Translations under genes and position numbers: made by a program | From: Lepidodermella squamata | Taxonomy: Eukaryota; Animalia; Gastrotricha | Assembly (NCBI GenBank): GCA_047495785.1 | Contig: JBLDXI010000058.1 | Span: 186,001-250,000, forward strand | Direction: 5' to 3' | Length of the DNA stretch: 64,000 nucleotides | Shown: piece after piece, positions 47,974-61,600 of the stretch | How positions within the stretch are numbered: the stretch's first letter is position 1 | How the letters are laid out: every line of letters starts with the position of its first letter | The notes under the pieces: model-generated | Database searches by the model: none | The model's input: only the letters and a program-made list of their open reading frames with translations | What the model was told of the DNA's origin: nothing

Positions 47974-50068
47974 CGAAATAGCAACTATCCAAAAAAAGAA
48001 AAATATTCAGTTCGTCTCAGGTAACAATTAAACCAGCCAAGGAACGAAAGACGAAAGGATAGAAACGCAATGTTTCACTAGCATTGAAAGTGTTCAAGGA
48101 TTTATGATTTTTCACTTGAATTCACGATTTTACGGAGAAAAACTGACATATCTAAAATCTAACATCTGCGACTTTTGCCAGTTGCAAGGTACCCAAAGGG
48201 AGGCCGTACGTTAGGCAAGTTTTGCGTCTTTTTGGACACAAATACAAGGCTTGGCAATTTTCGGCTGGCAAAGATTCGGGAGTGCAAAGGCACGAATCAG
48301 GTACGAGTTCGGCGCCGAGAAAACAGATCACTTGTCTCGAGCAATTGAATATGAAATGTTTTCAGTCTGCTGGTCCAGTAAGTCACAAAGTTGACTGGAT
48401 CTCCTCTCAGCCTCAGCCTCTAAGTCCCCTCTCAAAGTCCCAAGCCAAACGGTTGGAGACCTGGAAGAACCCAAAAGACGGCCGGTCCACAGGTGACAAA
48501 TTTAAAATGGAAAATATTAATTTTTCGAATATTTATTCTCTATTTCAATTTTTACATCAATTTTCTTTTTTTATACCATTCTTGAAACAAGGTCAGTCGC
48601 AGTTCTGAGATGGAAAACAAGCCCGGAAGTTGTGAAGGTGTTCTGTGCGAAATCTAGCTGAATGTCATCATGGATTTTCCATCTGCGGTCAAAGAATGAG
48701 AGCTGGAAGTATCATTTGAAGTATACACAATATTTTTTTATCTTTTGCAACTTTTTGCTCCGCCGCAGATCTACCTGGCGAAAGAACGCACGTGGCGCAG
48801 TGGAGCGAGCCCGCTGTCAAGCTAGTGGAGTTTCCTGGCTCGACCTTCGGCCGCTGCAAAGATCAGCAAAACCAGTGGCGTGGAGCCCGTCCGTCAACTT
48901 CGGCCGTTCGAGTCCAGCGTGAGCTGCTGTGGGCAATCGGCAAGCCAGTGAGCTGAAAACCGGTCGGTGGCTCCGGCGATCCATCGTGAAAAACAACCGC
49001 CAACAAGGCCAACAGGAGTTTGTGTGATGTTCTCGCCTCGCTGTCACATGGCCTCGCTGGAATATCTTCAAGTGGCAATACATAGTTTAATTGAAGCCTT
49101 CCCTTAGCAGCCGTCTCTCAACTCATGAGCTCATGATATTCCAGTCGTTCTCAATGTGGTATTTTATGTGCAAACACTAATCGCTAACTTCAAACGCTAA
49201 CTTCAAACAATTTGCGTAATAAACTATGACTATATGAATACGACTACGACTACGACTACGGTGTTGAGGAAAGCATTTTTTCAGAAATGAAAGTTTCCCC
49301 AAAAATCGCATAAGGCATATGTTTTTTCACTCTTTTCATCTTCTAATGAGAAATTCGGAAAAGTATACCGCACTGCAGACATATCGATCGCTGAAAACCG
49401 CACCAACAAATTCCTTGTATTTGCGAGGCAAAAAATATTGTCCAGAGTTTTACAGTACAATCATAATAACCGCTAGGGGTTGATTTCTTTTAAATTATGC
49501 GCTCCTGCGAGATCAAAACGGACCAGAGTGATATTGGTTTGATGAAATTAGGATAGTTTGAGGACTATGAATAACGGAAGATTTGTGCAATAATCGGCCC
49601 GCAGTTAGTGGTTATCGCGGCAAGCAGGCGGGCAAGCAGGCGAAAATTGCCAGCCGGCATGTTTCACATAGGATACCTAACTTTAGACGCCGTGCTTTTC
49701 TCGTGAAAAATTGTTGCACAAATGAATAAATTGATGGTTTCTATTACCTCGTTTAGCCAGCCACTCTTTATCGATAAATAAAATCATCAAATGATGTGAT
49801 CAAATGATGTTTGTGTTACATCGAGCATCATTTTTTCCTAAAGCATGCTGTGTTCTCACGATTCGCTAACTAGGATTATTCAAGTTTTTACTTGAAAGAT
49901 CAGCGGAAGACATGAACAATTTTAAAATTGTCAAAGCTGCTCAAACGTTCCGTTGATGCTGAAGTCACACCATCGATCCCGCCAGCAAGTTTTATTGTCG
50001 GAATTCTCGAATACCCGCCTCTCCATAGACAAATCGTTGGTTCGAATTTATGACTGCATTTTTTAATA

Positions 50069-50285
50069 CCGCTATATCGTTAGCGACGCGCCAAAACAAC
50101 CACTTTGATGACTCATTCGATCGTACTTTGACGAGCCGAACGTAAAGAAAGACTACGTTCGGCTTATTTGAGCACTGATCGTACATATTGTAATTTGAAT
50201 TTACGTTCAAGGGTCGAACGTAATTTCCATAAAAAAGACTAAAAATAGTAAAGTGGTTGTTTTGGCGCGTCGCTAACGATACCGG
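50069..50285. mobile_element. MITE with long perfect inverted repeats and TA target duplication
   Basis: 32-bp perfect IR TATCGTTAGCGACGCGCCAAAACAACCACTTT (50075-50106 and 50250-50281). Termini are TA|CCG...CGG|TA. Confidence 0.88.
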
Positions 50286-50665
50286 TATATATTATTATAT
50301 AACGGTATATATTATTATATATAGGATATAGGTATACAAGTATGATAATAAATTAATATTAATAGTGAGGGAATGAGGAGGTAAATTATGGAATAAGTTT
50401 TATATCCTGCTTTTTATGTTCAGTGTGTGCAGTGAAATCTTTAAACATGCAGAAAGAGAGACAATAGAATACATCGAACTTTGAACTGTGCGAATGTTGT
50501 AAAACAATAAGATAGGGTCGTGACACCCGTCCGCTGCGTTATTTAGCACCTGGTCCTACGCGATGCCGCGGCAAGGTTGCCGGTTTAATGAATACATCAC
50601 AAGCCGGTAGCATTCTGCTGCCTCTGACTTGCGCGAAGCCTTTCATCTTTACAGATAAATAAGAG

Positions 50666-53119
50666 ATGCCATTTCGGCTCAAGGGCAACGCGCGGAAACT
50701 ATTGCTAACCCTGTCCTTCATTTGGTGCCTGGCGATATTTTTCAGTGCCTTTTATCAGGAGGATCATCAGCTTAGCCCAGCTGGTCGGTTGAACGATTTA
50801 TGGATTCATTTTTACAGTTTATTTTTCCAGAGAATATTGTGATCACAGGAAATTTGGTATGACTTGACATGAGCATGAATACAGCACATTAAAAGCAACC
50901 AACTTCTAGGAATCAAAAGCTGTGGATGGTGCGGTAATATCGAACTACAATGTGCCGTTGGACGCGACGGAAAGTCCTGGCTACATGGGCGTGCCAGGTG
51001 ACGTAGTTTAACCATTGTGCATCATTTTCAAAGGAAGTTTTTTTCCTCGGTTAAGTCGACATCGACGAATCAAAACTACAGCCGAGCGAAAAAAGGAAAT
51101 ACCTAAATGGCTTCAAAGCTCATGCGTTCAACCAATACGTATCGGACATGATCAGCTTGCACCGAACATTGCCAGACGTAAGAGACGAGGAGTGTCGAGC
51201 CCTGAACAGCAGCATCTCCGAATCAGAACTTCCAGACGCATCGGTTGTCATATGTAAATTGAGACTAATCAACTCCATACAAAATCATAATTTTGCCTTG
51301 ACAACGCCGCAGGTTTCCATAATGAAGCGCTATCAACACTGCTACGCACGGTTGTTTTCAGCATATTTATGGCCTAAGTAGTTACTTATACAGTCTTATT
51401 TGTACCAGATCCATTCCGTAATAGATCGGTCGCCTCCGCGTTTGCTCAAAGAAATCATTTTGGTCGACGACTATTCGGACAGATTTGAATTGAAGCAGCC
51501 GCTTGATGACTACATTCGCAATAACAGCTTGCAACGCGTCGTGAAATTGATTCGAACCACCGGTCGCGATGGCCTAGTCCGAGCAAGGCTAAGAGGAGTT
51601 CAGCAAGCTACCGCTCAGATATTGGTATTTTTAGATTCTCACTGCGAAGCCACGGCTGGTTGGCTGGAACCACTTCTTCTACGCATCAAACAGGTATTTT
51701 AGGAAGGTTTCTGAGGAAGAAATTTTCATGGCTGTTTGTCCTCTAGAATCGAACTAATGTCTTGTCGCCCGTGATCGATGTAATTGATGAGGTGACGTTC
51801 GCGTACATTAGCGATAGCACTAAGCAAATGAGTGTCGGAGGATTCGACTGGAATCTACAATATACTTGGATTCCGATGCCCATCCGTGAGCAAGAAAGGC
51901 GAACAAGGTATTGGAATCATTAAAGAAATCTCACGACTGTTGAAACTCCTATTCCTCAGCGACATAGAACCAGTTCGAACGCCGACAATCGTAAGATTTC
52001 AACAACCTACCGGGCATATTATTTGTTTATGGCTCTCTTTCAGGCTGGTGGCTTGTTTGCGATCGACAGACAATATTTCGAACACCTAGGATCCTACGAC
52101 AGAGGCATGAATATTTGGGGTGCAGAGAATCTTGAGCTCAGCTTCAGGGTATCATGATCTTCTGTAATAATTTTGTGAATTAACGATTTCGCTCAAAGGT
52201 TTGGATGTGCGGAGGTACGCTTGAAATTCATCCTTGCAGCCGAGTTGGCCATATTTTCAGGAAGCGAAATCCTTACACAGTTGACGTATGTTGATGGTAT
52301 CTTTTATCTCGTCGTCGATCTTGGATGCTGTCTATAGGAAGAAGCCGATAAACTGAAACGAAATAACGCTCGCCTAGCTGAAGTATGGCTTGATAATTAC
52401 AAAGTTTATTATTATGACCGCATTGGTGGGAAATTCGACGACTTCGGCGACGTTAGTGATCGGCTAAATCTTCGCCAGCGCCTGAACTGCAAGTCATTTA
52501 AATGGTTAGTTTTCTCGCACGTAGGTAGCTCTTCTAACGCAACTCTCATCCCACCAGGTATTTGGAAAATGTCTACCCTGAGTTATTCTTACCTGGTAAA
52601 GCTCTCGCGTCAGGTTTAATTCGAAGTCGTGCCCCTCAGGGTAAATGTTTGAAAGGCAAAGTTGACGAACCTGAGACAAATCATCATATCATCTCAATTC
52701 GGGATTGCTTGAAAAAATCTGGTGATTTAAGCAGGATATAAAGATGACATCACTGTATAATTTGATTCTTTTCCCTTCATTATAGTTTCTCAAATGTGGT
52801 ATTTGTCCTCCCTTGGCGAGATTCGGCGAGACGATGGCTGCTTTGACTACAGCGGAGGAGATTCTATCCGCATTTATCGCTGTCACGGGAATAGAGGAAA
52901 TCAGCACTTCGAATATATAAAAAATGCAATATCCCTTATTATTTGTATCTTCGTCAAATTTTAAGACTGCTGTCTTCTTTTCAGACTGGATTGATATGGC
53001 ATACCGGTAGAAATAGATGTCTAGAATGGTCGAAACCGAACCAGAATCTTGTCATGAAGCCGTGCAATTCGACTAATATATTTCAGCAGTGGACATGGCA
53101 TACCTCGGTGATAGATTAA
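50666..53119 (+). CDS. Polypeptide N-acetylgalactosaminyltransferase (GALNT/pgant family)
   Basis: Type II signal anchor, [100 protein letters not shown], ricin-type lectin C-terminus. About 13 small introns. Confidence 0.95.
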
Positions 53120-54081
53120 ATGACTGTTCATCACTCAATCAAATTATAATAAATTTGAATAAAATCAACAAATTTCAAGGATTTTTCTCAATAAGATTTC
53201 AATTAATGCAATATTCCAATATCCTCCTACAACCAGTTGAACAGCTTGCTCCCGAAATTCTAGTATCCATAACTAGTATACCTATAAATTTCTTCGCCTC
53301 GCAAACAAACTTCGGATATCCAGATAATTTCTGTTCTGGATAGTCAGCTGAATCAGCCACGGTCCATCTCTCGAAAACATAAATTCCATCGGATGCAAAT
53401 TCGTAGCTTCTACATAAATTATTCGCCGCCGTCTTTTTTTTGCTCAAAGCTTAATCAACGCGAATTCCAGGATAGTTAACCTGTGAAGATTCATGACTTC
53501 AGGAAAATTGGTGATGCAGCATCATCTTTCTTGAGCCCTTCATTCATTATAGAATTTCGTTGCATGTAACATCATGCATGTAACAAGCAATTATTGAGTC
53601 ATACTGTTAATACGCTGAAGAAAAAAAGCCACCGTTTTCGAGGAGCAAAACATTTATTTCATCGGTCTCTGTACAACACGAGCAAACTGCACCACCGACA
53701 CAGGAAACCATGAGGGAATCATCATCTTCAATAAAGGCGCTCTCTTCGCAGAACTGTTATAAGGCGCGACGACCGAGCATATCATCGGAGCATAGGATCT
53801 TCATCCAAATTTAGTATAGCATTATATCGTATACTTCCACGTGTTCTTGTGAGTATGCAGACACACGTTCATAGAATTTCGTAATCCATATAGTTATAAC
53901 TAAAGATGTGGTGACGCATGCCAACGCGGCAATTTTTCACAGTATAGCAGCGCACATGCTTCTTTATATATAATGAGTTGACTTGAATCATCAATTGACT
54001 AAAAACGACAACGTAGTCCTAATATTGTTTTTCAATGATAAATCTTGTTAAGGTGGATTAGTTAAAAGGAGTAGCAATTTA

Positions 54082-54126
54082 TAGTAGTAGTAGTAGTACG
54101 TATGTAGTAGTAGTAGTAGTAGTAGT
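54082..54126. repeat. (TAG)n microsatellite (another at ~55285-55300)
   Basis: Interrupted TAG trinucleotide array in the putative RBMS 3'UTR. Confidence 0.8.
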
Positions 54127-56769
54127 GTTGTGAGAAAGAGATGGCTGTTGAGGAAGAGATAGGCGTCAAGGCCAATTTCGACGACCAAGGCAACGGCGCA
54201 AGTAGCACACAGACACTGCACGATTTGTACGAAAAGTAGGCACGTTTGAGCATGTAGGCACCAAGAGAAAGATCTGTGGCGGCGCGGCGCAAAAACGCAA
54301 CGCGTGCACGCCGGTCAGTGATCCTTTAACGATATCATAAAAATTCTCTTATCATAGTGTATGTAGTATATCATAACAACATATGTGGCTAAATGCGGTT
54401 TAAATATATTTCGAAATAATATAGCAATCGATATGATCAACTTGCAGCTTTAAGGTGGAGTAGTATTTGATGACGATGATGAAGCTAACTGAATTGATTA
54501 AATTAGTATGGTAATAACATTATCATTTTCATTATAGTAGTCTTTATGAAGAGGCAGCAGCACATGTTTCGAAAAATCACCAGGCCGAGCGGATGAAAAA
54601 CATCATCAGAAAAATTCTTGTAGAACAAGTTATGAATGATCGGTTACAAATCGATTATTGAGTTCTGAAACTAAAAGATACTTATATGAATGATGAACAC
54701 GATGATATTATCAATATTGTTATTATGGATTCAAACATGCTAGTGCGCGTAAAATCTGAGAAATCAAGAGTTCGCAAGAGACGAAACGAATAGGATTACG
54801 AAGATGACACAGGAAGATCACATGACAGTTGACGATGTTAACTGTTTTCTGAGACAAGTCTCTGTACATACGGTTCGTCGCCGGTTCCACGCCCCCACTA
54901 GCCAGAACCAAAACAACGCGCTCGGTCGGTGCTCCCACAAATCCGAACGTCACACGTACGGTCAGACACACGCGTGCAGAAGATATATAGGTACTTTTTC
55001 AACAGCTAAGATAGAACGCGTAAATAGGTAAGGGACACCCAAAAGACAGAAATATGTACAGAAATAAGAACGCCAGCTACACACAATAAGAGCGCAAAGC
55101 AAATCAAGCATGGCGATAAAACGACGAAACTAAGACGAAGCAATACAAAGAGCGGAGTGGAAGAACGTCTATTAGCAGAATCAATCATCAGTCTCATAAT
55201 TTCTGGATACATTTTTTTGGTTATGATGGTGGTTAGTATGATGGATATTATCATTATTATTATTGGCTGCACACAGAGACGCAAGTAGTAGTAGTAGTAG
55301 TAAGAATTTTAAAACGACAACGATTATTCATGGCGCAATCAAAAAATACGAATCTTTGTGACATAAACTTCGCGAAAATAGTGTCATCTCATCAATGAAT
55401 TATTGATATCTTCTGAATAATAGCCTCTGAATCATAATATTTGGAAGAGCAGTTTCGTTAGTATCAATCGTAACTGAACTTGCAAAGCAAGTCGAAATCT
55501 GTGATTATTATCATTAAAATTTCAATTAGATATATAACAAATGATATTGAAGTTGTATATGACGAAGATATGTGTTGTAGTCAACGATAGGTACGTATAT
55601 TGTTGATTATTATCTTTGTGTATAGTTAGCGAGACAAGACAACGATGACCTTAATTCGCGCTTCAATGAGAAGAAAGGCAGCCCTTCCCTGCAGCACTTG
55701 GTTAATTGAATCTGGTCTAAACTTTAAATACAGCATATAAGATGATGATGAGCTAAAAGTTTCGTGAGCTAGTCGGTTGGATCACATTTCACTGTCATTG
55801 CGACAACGGCCAGTACAAAAACAAGTCTTCTAGCTTACACAAGTGTAGATATGGAAGCCATTCATACCTGGTATTGTTATTATAACAGTGAAGAATAAGT
55901 TAGGCACGCTGCAGCCAGCAGGTCTTGTATTCAGAGTTAAATAGAGACAGTATTTTAACTGCTGAGCGACGGCCGAAACAGAGATGCATCAGAAGAGTGA
56001 ATTTGCGCTAGAATCCATATATTATAAGGAATGTCAGCATCAACAGCAGCAGCGTTATCAGCGAGAATTATGCGCCAATGTGCAGATACAGTTATCGAAA
56101 GAATTGTTTTAGTACGTATGTTGTTAGGTAGGCGTATTTGAATAAGTGCGTGGACTAAAACTACACGAGCGTAAGTTAAAAACAAGCTCTAAAACGGATG
56201 CAAAAGAGGCGCGAGATGACATTCCGAGGTTTAAAATAGCACTGGCTTACATTTTGAATCGTCGAATCAGAACCCCAACTTAGGGTGGAAATAGGAGAAC
56301 CAAAACAATTAAGAAACTACATGTTTGATTGAGGCGTGATGCAATCAGTTAGCCTCCAGCCTCACCAAGCAAACATCAACAAATGAACGCGATCATTACA
56401 AACAAAACGAGAAAAACGAGAGGAAGTTGACAGCTCCGAACTATCAGAGACCTAGGACAAATCTTCGGCTATGTACAAAGCTGTCTACAAGTCTTAAAGC
56501 AGGTAACTCCGGGATGTGGAAAAGCAGGTGCCCAGTCATAACAAACGCTTTGTGGAAAAAGCCAACAACGTTAGCAAAAAGAAAACTAAAACAAGAATCA
56601 ACGCCGAATTCCACGAAAACTTAAGCAATAAGACGAGCAGAATTGAATTCAATATCCTCAATCAATAACATACAATGTGTGCAAGTCTTCAAGTCTATTT
56701 CCTTATGGCGCATGCACCGGCGTATCGACCGAAGCCGTGGCGCAATGCGTCCATTCCTGTATCATCCAT

Positions 56770-58236
56770 TCATTTTGACGGTCCACCAGCAACAGCAGCA
56801 GCAGCAGCCGCGGCTACAGCGGGATTGCGGAAATAGGCTTGCGAGTAGCGGAACATTTCGGCCGGGTCCATGCCGGCCATAGCCCCGGCGCCCATTCCAG
56901 ATGAGGCTCCCGATCCACCAGACTGATTACCAGATTGTCCTCCTGAGCCCTGTTGGCCCTGCTGTCCACCAGATCCCATCATCGACGCTCCATTTGAGTC
57001 TTCATAGCCGGACTGGCCCATGTTATTGTTATTGTTTTGGCCAGCGGCGCTCTGCAAGGCATGCAAAGCATGCAGTTGTGCTTGTGCGGCAGCATGCGCA
57101 GCATATAAATGTGTGTAAGGTGCATTCGGAGCAGGAGACAACAAGAATTGATGGTGGCCAGTAGGTCCTCCAGGGCCGCCATTCGACTGCTGAGCCGAAA
57201 CAGGCGCTCCATTCGCAATAGCAAGTTGCTGAAGTTGATTAGCCAATACAAGACTAGGATCGAGCTGAGCGGCATTGTGGGCCGCGTAAGCTCCGCCAGC
57301 TCCACCTGACATCAGCATCTTAAAAATCATTAGAAGAGATGAAATAATCAAGCAATGAAAATAATAAAATATCTACCTGAGGAGCCATAGCATGCAGAGG
57401 TTGCAGCTGCGACGCTTGATTAGCTAACCAGTTGGCCTGCTGCGGCGAATACCCAGTAGGCCCGTTCGCCCCAGACATCATAGCAGCCACAGCTTGGTTG
57501 GTCAAAGCAGGATTTGCTGCGAACAGCGCCGTTGGTCGAGCCAAGTGATGCTGGGCTTGGCCAACTCCATTTTGAAATCCTGATGCGTCAAAAGGCATCA
57601 AGTGCATATCAGAGCGATCATTCATCATTCCACGAGTCTGCTTTGGCTTCTTTCCTTGATCGGCGAATTTCACGGTCAGCGACATTTCCCCATTGATGCG
57701 ATGTTGGTTGTAGCATGAAATTGCGCGCTCACATGCATCTTGGCTCTCCAGACGAACAAACCCCACACCTCGGCTGTTATTACTTTCATCACGAAGAATT
57801 CGGGTAGAAACCACTTTTCCAAAGCGAGAAAACATATCGCTCAAGTTGGACTCGGTAACATCTCGCGGGAGATTAGAAATATAAAGATTTGTAGGATCCT
57901 GGGGTTGCTGTTTAGCCATTTGAACATGGAGGGAAGGATCTTTTGCAGAAAGAGCAGCTAGTGCCCGACTGGCAGCTTCGGCGGTTTCAAAGTCGACAAA
58001 TCCATATCCTAAAATGATTAGGGATTTCGTTAAATAGTCGCACTGGTAGTAGTGTTCATACCTTTGCATTTGCCACTGTGAGTGTCAATGATCGCTTTCG
58101 TAGACACAATCTTTCCATATTCTTGGCATAGCTCTCGCAATACTTCATCGCTTGTTATTTCTTTCAGGCCACGGATGTACAAATTAGTTTTGCTAAGCTG
58201 GTCATTATTTCTGACGGCGGGGCTGCTAGAAGGCAT
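56770..58236 (-). CDS. shep: RBMS/alan shepard (shep, sup-26) two-RRM RNA-binding protein
   Basis: Exons 58236-58061, 58007-57377, 57318-56770. Motifs [74 protein letters not shown]-rich tail. Confidence 0.93.
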
Positions 58237-58629
58237 GATGCGCTTGCGTGATGGATAACGTAAAACAAAAGGATAATACTATAAATTACAAAAGATTCAA
58301 TATTATCACAAATATGGACAGTTTTCAGTCAGTCTGAATCCCAAATCAAGAATGACATGGATCAGTAGATAGGTGATCAGTGATCCGCGAAGTATGAAAT
58401 TAGAGCACAGAGGAGGAAGGTATCGGAATGTGGCTGACACTTCTAAGAGGAAACCTGAAAGATGAAAAGTAAGATGGCCGCCGATTCCCGCTGCTTACTC
58501 ATTGCGAAGTTCAAGACCAAATAGAAAAAATATTTTTTCCTATATTTGATATGAATAATAATTTATAAATTTAAATGAAATACGTAATACTATAATTTAA
58601 TATAATTATATCAGCAGTTGATTTTGGCG

Positions 58630-58643
58630 TTTCGCGCGCGAAA
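58630..58643. promoter_or_regulatory. Palindromic double E2F-like site upstream of shep
   Basis: TTTCGCGCGCGAAA is a perfect palindrome with TTTSSCGC on both strands, in a CpG-rich patch about 400 nt upstream of the ATG. Confidence 0.35.
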
Positions 58644-61600
58644 TTTTTTACCTGTTTTGCGTTTTGCCCATGGTTTTGCGTGCAGCGCATCGATGTGCGA
58701 TGTGCGGCGATTCCTTATCCCCCTTGGGATCTGGGATTCTGGTTATCATTTCTTGTCTCTCTCTTGATCTACCGCGAAACAAGGAGCAAATTGGCATCAT
58801 TTCCATGTCTCAAGGTCAATTAGTGATTCAACCTCCATCCTAAATCCTAAACCCCTGGCCACAACGACTGACCCGCTAAATGATTCTTGCGCAAGGTTGT
58901 GATAGCTCGTGATGCTTAAAAGGAGCTAATAAGCTCCAAAATCCAACCCCAATTCTCTGTGGTGATTTGATGGATCAATAGAATAATATTGCAGTCATAA
59001 TGTCATGACCAATGTCCCTTAGCGGAAATGTGCTTTTGCAGCGTGAAGGGAGGGAAATCCTGAACGATAAATAGCGATATCGCCAAAATGTTAATAGAAT
59101 AACCCAAATGCCTGTCAATTCACTCAGAAAGCTCCGTACCAAGGAAGATGCCCCTTCTGTTCTAAATTTCAGTTCCGACCATATCAAGTCCGACAGTTGT
59201 TAAGCGGAGGCGTTCAGATTCCGTCTAAAGCGTCTCGAAAATGACAAAATCTGATCTCTTGCCAATATCTGATTCTAAATATTCAGGCTAGCTCGTTGTT
59301 CATTGCTAGGAATTGAGGCAGAGTGTTTCATGTTTAACAGATCAAAGTCTGTTCACCTTAGGCCGTAAGCATTGACAGAAGATGCTACGTGTATATGTAT
59401 TAAAATGAAAAAGCAGAGCTTAAATTCAACAAGTAAATAAAATAATTAGATGAATACACTGGTAGTTGCAAGATAACTAATAGGTAAAAGCTTATTACTC
59501 CAGGTGGGAATAAACGATTCGAATATGAACGCTGAAAAATTATGAAAAATTAAACGCTATAATTTGTTGAGAAATAATGAACAATAGCTGTATTGGCTTG
59601 CGCCATAGCCGCAGCCGCGGTTCCTCTTGTTTTTAGTAAGTGGAGTACCTATGGCTACATCGAAATAGAAATTAAACTTGAGGCATAACTGTACCCGCAA
59701 TTTTCACATGCCATTCCACGTTATGTGACATTCGCGTATTTCATCGCAAGGCAATTCCTCCGAACGATCCACAAACCACATATATTGAACTCATCAAGCT
59801 ATTTTGCGTTGCACTTGGTATTATAGGGGTCGCGGTGTGAGACCGTCACACTATGTACCTACGCATAACTGTGGTGTAACACTATTCCTCTGCAGTGGTG
59901 AACAAGAAGACGAGATATGAACTACAAGCAAGGCCATCGCCACAGCCAACGAGACGTCACATGCCTGCGCTCATTCATACACGCCATAGCTGATGTGGAT
60001 GGCTATTGCGGCGAGTTATACTTGTTTGCTGTGTATGGGCTTAAGCGTGCGGTTCCCTGCCAACCTCGATAATAAATAGGCGAAGAAGAAGCTACAAAAT
60101 GTGAGCTGAGAGGGCAGTTGTACGTGTTGCGTTTCTTGTTTGAAATAGTAGTCTTTATTAGCACATTGAGAAAGGTGTGCGCGGCATTTACTCGTGCACC
60201 GCAACAGGCGCTTGACTCATGAATGCCGACCGAAAACTGGAGGGCATTCAGCTCTCGAGCTTCGTTGACACATCAACGTTCTTATTGTCGTATATTTGTG
60301 CGCTTCTTGTTTCGTGTATTTATGACAACAACGCTGGGCTATTCCAGAGCGCTAACGTAAACAAATCTTATGCGATAATACCGGGTCAGATAATAATGAT
60401 GATAATAATAATAAAATAATTACATTAGCAGCATCAGTGATAAAACTCAATGTTAGCGTATTAATCCTTCGTTAATCTCGGCCAGCGTGGCCCTGTTCCG
60501 TTGTCATTGTCAATCGCGGGCAGAAATATCGGGTGCGCGAAATAAGTGGTGTATTTGAAAAACGGGCAAATTTACGTTTCGACTAATATGTATAACGAAA
60601 CTAGTGCGCAATGTGCTGAATGTGGTGTAGTATTTGCTTGTCGGCAGAGCGTAGGTACGTTTCCCCATTGCGAGCGTACGCTGTTTGTGAATGACTGTTG
60701 TAACCCGCCATAAATCTCATCCGTGAACGGCACGGAAATAATGCGATATATAGGATTGTGCATACATGTGTGGGCAGCATAAATTAACACGCAATTCCAT
60801 ATATTGTCTTATTACTACTACTACTCAGCTGGAATAGTAATGCCGAATCTCAAAGCTGCGCCGCGAATGTTTGTTATCACACCCGGCTGCCGAGTCAAAG
60901 GAAACAGGCGCATCACACCTATTGGATTTCATCGGTTCATCGGCGAGAGCGATCATCATCACCCCATTTCGTATGCCTGTCACCCCGTTGCAACACACAG
61001 TTGTTTTCAACAGCAGTTTTATTAATACGCTGCTTTCTTGCATATAACAATAAATAATATTCAAATCTGAGATTAGTAGTAGCATTACAGCTAGCAAAGA
61101 ACTAAGTCGTCGTCTAGCTTGGAAACGAACAACTAATTTAGCATCGTTATGACGTTGCACCTAATTCAAAATTAGAGCATGTTTCGTCGGCAACTCAAGA
61201 TATTAGTAATAGCGATACTCGTACAAAATTGAGATGACATAGTTTAGAGGAAACTTTCATAGCGATTTAAAGACGTCAACAAACACGTGACATGTCTGGA
61301 CTGGTTATTCGTAAAAGTCACGTCGGAATAGAGTGATGCGTACCAGGCGCAATTATGCATATAAAGGATTTTGAGAAACGCTACTCAACAGTTAGATCGT
61401 CTCTTTCGTTGAAGAGTAAAGTATGAGTTAGATACATATAGCGAGAGGTTTAGAGCGCATGAGGCGAAATTGCGGCGTTGTAGCCGAGATTTAGAGGTAA
61501 AATGAACGTAAGGAAGCCACAACAGGCGGAAAAGAAGAGACACAAGAAGAGTTCTGCAACCCGGAAAACGAGATTGTAATGCCAACCAACAATAATATTC

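Noticed and set aside
53199-53447. 82-aa minus-strand ORF faintly resembling a DNA-transposase C-terminus
   Set aside because: The resemblance is too weak (expected NDxAER-type motif absent), and there is no ATG start or TIR.
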